Assembly: GCA_964016885.1 (NCBI GenBank)
Contig: OZ024742.1
Span: forward strand, 303,800,001-303,864,000
DNA from: Eledone cirrhosa
Taxonomy: Eukaryota
DNA: 64,000 bases
Direction: 5' to 3'
Shown here: in pieces, positions 54,300 to 64,000 of the stretch
Position numbering within the stretch: position 1 is the stretch's first letter
Layout: each line of letters starts with the position of its first letter
Notes under the pieces: generated by a model
What the model saw: the letters and a program-made list of their open reading frames with translations, nothing else
The model's database searches: none
What the model was told of the DNA's origin: nothing
Made by a program: the position numbers and the translations under genes

Positions 54300-56530
54300 A
54301 TCCTAAAATAATTAATTTATCCAAAAGAGATCTTGACAATGATGAAATGCAAATTCTGTCAAAAGGACTGAAATTCACACCGACTCCAACAGTCAATCAC
54401 CAAGAACTGAAGGAGGATACCCAAGAATTCTGTCGAAAATTACGTCTTGTAAAATTCTTCGCTGATAAAAGTAATGAAAGTGATGAATCACTAGTAAAGA
54501 ATAAATCAAATTTCACTCCGCCAAAAGGAAGAAATATCTATCTCGACCAATACATTGACATCCTGTTTAAATTTCCTCTTAGACGTAATACTAATGTTAG
54601 GCCAAACATTAACAAATCAGAAATGTCTGCATTTAAACGTATACAAAATGATAAAACAATAATAATTAAACAAGCAGATAAACGGGGTGCAGTTGTTATA
54701 ATGGTTACTGAATACTACAAGGATTTGGTTGAGGAACAACTGAAAAACACAACATTCTATCATGAAATAACGTCAAATATAGACCACAACATCATGAAGA
54801 TCAACAACCTGGCTTCAAAATACCACAACTCACTTACTGATAAGGAAAGAGACTACATCACCAATTTTGAGCCAAAACCCAGCAACCTGTATGGCCTACC
54901 GAAAGTTCATAAGTCAAAAGAAATACAACTGGCAGTAAGATAACAAAACAGTGAGTACATTAAATTACTACACCCAAAAGACTTAAAACTTAGACCTATT
55001 ATAGCTGGTCCAACATGCCCCACCCACTGTCTAAGCAATTTTGTTGACATTATTTTGAAACCACTATGTATTCACATACCCAGTTTCATCCGGGATGATA
55101 TCGACTTCCTGTCCCATCTTCCCAAAACCACGGAAACGAATTCACTTCTACTTCGTTTTGATGTGGTAAGCCTTTACACCAACATTACACATGATTTAGA
55201 AATAAAGGCGGTTAAATACTGGGTGGAAAAACATAGAGAGGTGATTTCCATCAGATTCACAGCGCCATTTATATTAGACGCAGTTAAACTTATTCTGGAA
55301 AACAACACTTTCTTTTTCAATGGAAAGAATTACATCCAAATTAGAGGCACAGCGATGGGAACGAAGTTTTCTCCCGTTTACGCGAACTCTGTAATGGGAT
55401 ACTTAGAACAACAATTCTACCAAGAAATAGAGGAAAAATATAGTACTGACTTTAGAAAGTACATTGAAAAATCTTGGAAGAGATACTTTGACGACTGTTT
55501 CATCATCTGGACAGAATCTCTAGATACTCTGGATGAGTTCAATATCCTCCTGAATAACCTACACCCATCTCTCCAATTCACAAAAGAGATGAGTAGGACC
55601 AAATTACCATTCCTAGATATAATGATAATCAAAAACGACACCACCATTACCACGGATATATATTATAAACACACAGACACCCATCAATATCTGAATTTTA
55701 AGTCGTGCCATCCACCTCATACAAAACGCAACATCCCATACTGCCTAGCCAGAAGAATTTGTACCATTGTAGAAGATACGAATACCAGGTACAAACGCCT
55801 AACAGAACTAAGAGAATTTTTGCTCAAACAAAAATACCCATCTCTACTTATAGAAAATGGCATACAGCGGGCTATAAAAATACCTATACAACAACTTAGG
55901 ACAACCCAAGGAAGAAGAAACCAAGAAGTGGTCATACCATTTATAATGACACACAACCCATGTCACCAGAATATCTTCAACACTGCCAAAGCAAACCTAC
56001 CGATCATTGCTCAAAATAATGAATTAAAAGGCTTAATCACAGATCGATCTTTGACTCTTAGTAAAAGACAGCCAAAAAATTTGAAGCAATTACTAACAAA
56101 AGCAAAGTTTGACCTTAACAACAAAGACCAAACATTCACTGTATCTAAATGTAATGATAGTCGATGCGGCACATGTCAATCCATACACGCCGGTCAATAT
56201 ATGAAAACAAAAACTGGAAAAATATTCCCAAATGCAAATGTGAACTGCAAAAGCAGAAATCTAATTTACTGCATTAAATGCCCGAATTGTGAAGAACTAT
56301 ATGTCGGTCAAACTGGAAATGCACTATCGGAACGTGCACGGGTAGACCGTCAGCAAATCAGAGACCCAAATGTCCGTCAGATACCCCTAAGTAACCATCT
56401 AGCAACATGTGGTCAGGGAATATTTATAATATTCCCATTCTACAAATTACACAGCCCAAGTGAAATCAAGAGAAAAATCAAAGAAAAGAATGTTATTGAT
56501 AAATTCAAACCCAAGCTAAATGAACAATAA
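54221..56530 (+). pseudogene. PLE ORF2: reverse transcriptase + GIY-YIG endonuclease, one premature TAA (54941-54943)
   Basis: IINLS..L...E..ILSKGLKF, KQADK, YGLPKVHK, RPII, FDVVSLYTNI, QIRGTAMG, RYFDD, LPFLD, YYKHT, CNDSRCGTC, NLIYCIKCPNCEELYVGQT, PKLN. The two listed ORFs share one frame. Confidence 0.95.
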
Positions 56531-56744
56531 TAACACTTAGGGGTATTACTTCTACTATGACTATGACTACGACCATGTTGACTACCACCGCTAACAACAA
56601 CAACAATAATAATAATAATAAAAGTGATGTTGATGGTGATGATTACTAGAAAATGCTATTTTCATCATTTCTAAAAATAGCAAAACAATTGATGCTTTGG
56701 AGAGGATCAATTAGTTAGACATGCTCAACCAACCGTGACGCTTA

Positions 56745-56870
56745 AACCAATCAGCTTTAGTAATTCAGTGAAACTACACACCGATTGGTCGAAATACAGT
56801 TTGCAAGATTTAGCATTCTGGAGCCACTTTTCACTGTATATAAGGTACAAAATTTACCCATCTCATTACA
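56745..56870 (+). promoter_or_regulatory. Putative Pol II promoter in the PLE 3' pseudo-LTR
   Basis: CCAAT at 56747, inverted ATTGG at 56784, TATATAA at 56837, Inr-like TCATT at 56863. Confidence 0.55.
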
Positions 56871-56906
56871 GTTGAAAATTGCAAACTTGACTGTCACCAC
56901 ACATTA

Positions 56907-56945
56907 TGAACCTGAAGATTGCGAAAGCATGAAAGTACTTGTTCA
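56907..56945 (+). ncRNA. Minimal type I HHR of the PLE
   Basis: TGAAC-CTGAAGA-T-TGC.GAAA.GCA-T-GAAA-GTAC-TT-GTTCA; palindromic AGTACT stem III. Confidence 0.9.
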
Positions 56946-57425
56946 ATTAACACTTAACATTTAATATTCTATCATACTATTTCATTATAATACCATTATA
57001 AATTTTAAAGGATTGTAAATAAAACGAGTAAATCAGACAAAGTTGGAATTCCTCTTATTAATATAATCTTCTATACACAATCATACACACCCGTGTATAT
57101 TTATCTATCTATCTATCTATCTATATATAATATATATATATAACCTTAGTTTTCACCACAAAGAAATATTCTCTGAAAAGCTATACCTCAATGTTCCTAG
57201 TATAAGAATAACTAGCCTGGAAAAGTTACCGTTATGAGGCTGCAGCATAAATATAACGCCCTCTCTCAATTAGTCTGAAGGGACCATTAACCTATTGAAT
57301 AATTCGGATAGCACGCAGATATAATCAGTATTCCATTCTTGTTTGATGATAGTTTGTGACCGAGATATACAAACACCGTAACTTGAGCAATTTGCTGGTT
57401 ATAGATTGCGAGTTGTAGATTAGCA

Positions 57426-57895
57426 TTGTTTTTCAAGGCTAATATCTTTGATACTTACATCCTACCAGTTGTGTTATATGGTCTTGAAGGTGTTAATTGG
57501 ACGACAAGGTCACTTCAGAAGCTCTCTACATTTCAGAACCACATCATGAGACTTGTGACTGGCAAGCGGCTCAGCGACCGTATCTGTATCAGTGAGCTGC
57601 TCAACATTACCAAACTTAGACCAATTACATCAACTGTCAAGTCAAGAGTACTCAAACTATAAGGCCATATAAAAAGATCAACTCATGGTGTGAGTAGGTT
57701 ATGCCTGGAAGGAAGGTAGGCTGGTAAGAGAAGCAGAGGCTGGCAGCCAAAAAGATGGCTTGGCAATGTCAATTCCTGGACTAGACTTGATCTTTGCTCT
57801 TTGAAATCTGCTACAGGTGATCGAACTTTGTGGAGAGAGATATCACATGTTAATGCGCAGTCTGCAACTGGCGGAGTTTAGCGTCAAAGAAGATA
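57426..57895 (+). mobile_element. RTE-clade LINE 3' fragment
   Basis: ILPVVLYG.E..W, R...G.R..DR, LK..GHI.R, LEG...GKRSRG..PKRW, DR.LWR with stops. Confidence 0.85.
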
Positions 57896-58611
57896 ATCAG
57901 TATAATAACGAAAATAATATTCAGTCATATAACACTTTCGAAATTAATCAGATATTTGACACACAATTAGTTTCTGCCCCTCTATTTTCTTAATTATTTT
58001 TCGTATTTTCTATTTCAACTGCTTTTAAAAAACTACTTTCATCGTTGCAAAGTTCAATTCAACAATAGATTCAATGATTACCTGTTTTTGTAAATAGTGT
58101 ATTTTACTTCTGTTTAAAGAAAACCTCCATTAAGCAGACGAGAATTTAACACAAAGAATGATGTATATTTGACAACTCTTAACAATATGCTAATATTTTT
58201 GGTAAAATATTTTCCTGAATATTTTGCTAAAATGTTTACTAAAGAAAAAGTATAAAAGTTGCGTATTCATATGATAGTGAAACCAATTAGCAAGTGAATT
58301 AGAATTCTAGATTCTGTACTATGATATTAACAATCTAGGATACTAACTTTAAAGTAGAAAATAGAATGAAACACAATATTATACAAGCAATAAAAGTCAA
58401 CGAAACGAGAAGCATTTAAGGTACATATGCAAGTAATTTTATATATTACATACTTTGATCAGCTAAAAACAAAATTTAGAAATGCGTTCTAAAACAAAAT
58501 ATTACGAAGCCAACAAAACATCGTTTTTATTTCTATCCATTTTAAAGTATATATATTTTAAAACTATTCTACATACACACCTGGTAGTCGACCTAAGCAA
58601 TTGTCCTCACA

Positions 58612-58655
<44 letters not shown>

Positions 58656-58686
58656 GTGTGTGTGTGTATATATTAATATATATATT

Positions 58687-58810
<124 letters not shown>

Positions 58811-59285
58811 CGTGTGTACATATGTAGACACACACACACACATACACGTATATATGTATGTTTACATGTTATAATATTTAATACTATACTATGTTATATG
58901 TAAACTATACATTAAAATATATGAGAAAAGAGATTGTTCGATAAAATCTGGGGGAAAGTGGTTTATGGTATTGTATGCACCTACCTATTCTTCTATTTAT
59001 GTAGGTTAATTCTTGTAAACCACCTTATAATTAGTAGTAAAGTTCATTCAAGTAACGATAAAAAACATGCTCAAAGATGTTTCGCGTCAGCATGTTACAT
59101 TAGGGAACAATATATATAGTTGTTTATGTGTGTTTGTCCACGCAAATTTTTGTTCAGTGTAATACCTTGAAGTGTTTCACAAGTAAATATCTGTTAAAAG
59201 CTACGTAAATATTGATAGAAATCACTGATATCGCACATATACTCGCATACGTGCACACAGACACACACACACACACATACCTACC

Positions 59286-59414
<129 letters not shown>

Positions 59415-59529
59415 TGAAAAGGCTTGCTGAACACACAGACCAAGACCGCTTTGACTCTCTCTCTCTTACTTATTCTCTCTCTCTCTCTCTTGATATATAT
59501 ATATATATATATATGTGTGTGTATATATA

Positions 59530-59996
59530 TTAGAATTGGTGCGCTGAAATAGCGATATATATATGAATGTATATATAGTGTATATTGCAATACACTGTAT
59601 GCTTAATTAAAAGCATTTCGAAGACCTTACGCTATTGTTTTAGAGTAGTGACAATGCCACTTACTTCAATTTTCAGCAAACAGGGGAGATAAAGCTGACA
59701 GAGTTCTGTTTCGTACTTTTTGGTACTTATCAAAGCTAAACTACTCCGCCTGTTTGCCGAAAATTCTGAATGTTGGATTCTTATAGAATTCCAGTAATAA
59801 TCAGGAACTGATTATACAGAGCGGTTGCCGGTCACGGAGAAATTGAAAATTAGAATTGGTGCTCTGAAATAGCGTTATATATATGAATGTATATACAGTG
59901 TATTTTGCAATACACTGTATGCTTAATTAAAAACATTTAGAAGACCTTACGCTATTGTTTTAGAGTAGTCACAGTGCCACTTACTTCAATTTTCAG
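59530..59996. repeat. Direct repeat of ~147 bp with 320-bp period
   Basis: 59530-59676 versus 59850-59996. Confidence 0.9.
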
Positions 59997-60019
59997 GTAG
60001 TACAGCCGATAAGTCCGCA

Positions 60020-60350
60020 ATTTCATCTGTGAAATGTGATAGAGCGTGACTATACAGAAGTAACATTGAAGTGCAATATGACGCGTGTTACGGTACATAA
60101 GTGTGAGATTTGATCTGTGAAACGAGAAACAGCGGCACTAAGGGAATGAAATAGCGGGACTAGAGAGAGGAAAGCGTATAGAGCAACATACCGCGTGCTA
60201 CAGTATATAAGTGTGAGATTTGATCTGTGAAACGTGAAATAGCGGGACTAGAGAGAGGAATGCGTATAGAGCAATATAGCGCGTGCTACGGTATATAAGT
60301 ATGAGATTTGATCCGCGAAATGTGAAATAGCAGGACTAGAGAGAGAGGAA
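60020..60350. repeat. ~90-110-bp tandem repeat, about 3 copies
   Basis: TAAGTGTGAGATTTGATCTGTGAAA..GAAATAGCGGGACTAGAGAGAGGA recurs. Confidence 0.85.
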
Positions 60351-60549
60351 ACCTTGTAGTTCAGCAAACCACGTGATATAGTAAATAAATATATAAACGC
60401 AATAGGATTTCTTACTGAATACAATGAAATACAGATGAAGTATTCTGTCACCTATTGTTTGTATTCTTCTTCTGCTGGTGAAATATTCCACAACAAAAGA
60501 TACAGTAATCCATTGAATGAGACGACAATGAAACGGATATAAGAAAACA

Positions 60550-60930
60550 ATCATCTTCAACATCAACATTATCATAACCACCACCACCACCACCAGCACC
60601 ACCAACATCACCATCATCTTCAACATCAATATTATGATAACCACTACCACCATCATCATCAACTTCAACATCAATATCATCATCAACATCAACATCAACA
60701 TTATCATAGCCACCACCACCATCACCATCATCATCTTCAACATTAACATTATCATAACCACCACCACCACCACCAACATCATCATCATCGTCGTCATCGT
60801 CATCATCATCATCTTCAACATCATCATCATCATCATCAACATTATCATAACCATCACCATCATCACCATGATGATGATGATGACGATGATCACCATCACC
60901 AATATCATTATCAATAGCCATCGCCATTAT

Positions 60931-60961
<31 letters not shown>

Positions 60962-61110
60962 AGCACCATCATAACACAATGATAACCATCATCATCTTCA
61001 TCAAGCAATCAATATCATCGTTATCACCATCAGCATACGACCACCAAACCACCAAAAACAACAACAACAACAACAAGAAAAATAACAACAACAGTTAGCA
61101 TCATCACCAC
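60550..61110. repeat. (CAT/CAC/CAA) trinucleotide array
   Basis: Direct inspection; explains ORFs 60336-61098. Confidence 0.9.
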
Positions 61111-61311
61111 CACTCCATGGTTACAATCCCCCCCCCCCCCCCCCAAACACACACACACACTATCGCCATAATCATTATCATCAACATCTTATCTTAATGA
61201 AATTTATTAACGGTAAAAGGAAAACCTGCAATAAGAAAAACGAAAGTATGTGTAAAGATGCTGAAAGAATATTTACAGATGTTTATACACACACTCACAA
61301 TTACGCACAGA

Positions 61312-61394
<83 letters not shown>

Positions 61395-61530
61395 TCGAAC
61401 ATAAACATACACTTACACATAACAACCATTACGCAGATATGCACACTTACGCGCGCGAGCACACACGCACACACACACACGTTCATGCGTACACACGGAA
61501 ACAGGCACAGACAAAAACATTGTCATAAAG

Positions 61531-61564
<34 letters not shown>

Positions 61565-61613
61565 GTGTATTATATATATATATGTGTATACAAATATATA
61601 TATATATATATAA

Positions 61614-61736
<123 letters not shown>

Positions 61737-62054
61737 TATGTATTTATATATATATATATATATATATATAAGTGTGTATATATATATATATGTGTGTATA
61801 TATAAATATATATATATATATTTATATATATATATACATATATAAATACATATATATACATATATATATGTGTGTGTGCGTGTGTCTGTGTGCTTCACTA
61901 TTCTTAACATTTTTATTCCGTTTCTCCTTTTTTTCTCTTCTATCTTTCATTTTATATTCCGATGAAGGACTATCTATATCATGTGTTAAACAAACATATA
62001 TCTTCATCGCAGTCTATTGTTATGCATTATTTTTCTTTGTTCACTAACCTTTTC

Positions 62055-62103
<49 letters not shown>

Positions 62104-62783
62104 GTGTGTTGTGAGAGAGAGAGAGAGATGTATATAAGTGTATTTGTGTACATATATGTAAATGCACGTCTATGTAGGTATGTATGTATTAAGAATGATA
62201 AATCGAAGTTTCAGTTGAACATATTTTATCCATAATCACCCTTAACACGTGTTTCTCGGAACTTTAATATAATGCAGTCAACTCGACTTTAGGATCGTTA
62301 TGCTCGTCAGAGGCAATGGGATTTATAATCGGAATAAATACATCTCTCATACATGTAGTATATATCTATAAGAAATTAGCTTATTTACTTCAGTACTGAG
62401 TGAGTAACCATGAGTGATGATGGACAAATATCGGGAAATACAAATTTTGCCTTCTCACATGGCTACGCAGATCGCTAGGAAAAAAATACATATTCTGATT
62501 CTAATGTGTATTGCGTCTGACGTGAAAATTTATCAAACAGTAGAGCTGCTTGTTACCGATTAATGCTCCGAGCTGGTTATTTGCATAGCACATGTTACGA
62601 ATATCTAGGAATAAAATATGATCGAAATGAAACTTCGATCACTCTTTCTTAGTATAAACACTGTATATTTTACCATTAGCAACCAGTTAAGGAATACCCA
62701 TTTGTGGAATACCCATTTCCCGTAAAGGTCTTCAGTGCTGAACGAGTTACAAACGGTCATGATTCTCATTATTCACTACCTGG

Positions 62784-62827
<44 letters not shown>

Positions 62828-63204
62828 TGTTATATTTGGGGAGGGTCATATTTGCGTAATATTGCCAGAATTAATAACAGAACACACTCACTGTTTGGTT
62901 GGTTTTCGCTTCTCGCTGTCTTTTATATATATATATCTGCGATCTAACTTACTCGGTCCTCAATGTTGCCATTGACTGACCGGCGGTCAAAAATAATACA
63001 GATACAATATAGACACAAACACATATATATAGTTTACATAATTTACATAAATCTTTCGTTGCACATCTGCAACATCGTCAGTGGTGTTATATTCATTGTT
63101 CCTCCTGTTGTGTTGTATGTCTACGCCATTTTTTTTTTTTGTTCAGTCTGTCTATATATTTATTTATTTATTTGCTTGTTTGTTTATCTTATTTTATTTT
63201 GGCT

Positions 63205-64000
63205 AAAAAGACTCCCATAGGAAGGTGGATTGGGTGGACCAAAGCTATACGGACCCCCCAAAACACTGATCAGGTAAGAAAAATGGTCGCACATGCAATA
63301 GGGGCTAGTATCAAAACTACCCTAAAGGGCCACATATTTAAGTTCAATGAGAAAATCTACACCCAAAATGAGGGAGCAGCCATCGGCGTCAGCATAGCTG
63401 GTGATGTTGCCAACCTTTTCATGGTATGGTGGGAAAGGAGACTTAAAGATCTCCTTAATGAAAGCTCCATAGACCTCATCATGTACTCTCGTTATGTAGA
63501 CGATATCAATATAGTTATAAGAACACCCCCACTAGAGAGCACTAACAAGTTTGATTTAGAACGTAGCACGATGGAAAGCTAATTCCATACACCAGAGTAT
63601 AACTGTAACTATAGACTTCCCTTCCAAACACCCTAACAATAGACTACCTGTATTAGACACAGAACTCTGGATTAACACTATAGACGAGAGAGCCCAAATT
63701 CTCCACTCACACTATGCTAAACCCATGGCCTCCAAATACCTGATACTCAAAACCTCAGCAATGTCCAGTAGTGCTAAGTTTAATATTCTGATCGCAGATT
63801 TGGTACGAGTGATGAAGAATGTGTCCAGCATGTGCGACCCAACAGAAATGGAAGGACACATCCAACACTTCATCAACCGCATGCAGTTCTCTGGCTACAA
63901 CCAAAGAGACAGAGTCAGAGTATACGAAGGAGCCATGGAAAAGTATAAGACCCTCATAGAAAGAAATTTGAAAGGAATTTGCCCACTATACAGGAGCAAA
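63205..64000 (+). pseudogene. 5'-truncated PLE RT/thumb fragment of another lineage; runs off the window
   Basis: HIFKFNEKIYTQNEGAAIG...GDVANLFM..W, YSRYVDDI; after a frameshift DFPSKHPNNRLPVLD, HYAKPMAS, RMQFSGY. Confidence 0.88.

Larger units (their letters stand above)
52620..57100 (+). mobile_element. Near full-length Penelope-like retroelement with two ORFs
   Basis: ORF1, RT/GIY-YIG ORF2, 3' promoter and HHR; TA-rich microsatellite on both sides. Confidence 0.93.

Noticed and set aside
54941-54943. Selenocysteine read-through as in Naiad PLEs
   Set aside because: The in-frame stop is TAA, not TGA, and the conserved Cys codons are intact; a simple nonsense mutation is more likely.
60336-61098. 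Asp/Gly-rich and Met/Val-rich ORFs
   Set aside because: Trinucleotide array open in several frames.

Overview
AT-rich animal genomic DNA. The SINE type and extreme (TA)n/(CA)n/(TATG)n load suggest a cephalopod such as Octopus; this is inference only. No host exon was recognised, and nearly all short ORFs in the track are microsatellite artefacts. The window is dominated by Penelope-like retroelement (PLE) material. (1) A near-complete PLE at ~52.6-57.1 kb has a tRNA-like 5' head, a 450-aa ORF1 and an in-phase T TTT TTA slippery site joining ORF1 to an RT + GIY-YIG ORF2 in the -1 frame. Its 3' end has a CCAAT/TATA promoter and a hammerhead ribozyme (HHR). (2) There are three more PLE coding fragments. 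(3) About a dozen short non-coding fold-back inserts from several unrelated families sit in (TA)n tracts; each carries a full, variant or half type I HHR reading outward from the hairpin centre. About 20 HHR-like motifs were found by eye. Also present: RLE-type (R4/Dong-like) and RTE LINE remnants, tRNA-derived SINEs, a hAT-like MITE and transposase remnant, and several minisatellites. All alignments and folds were done by eye, and element edges are approximate.
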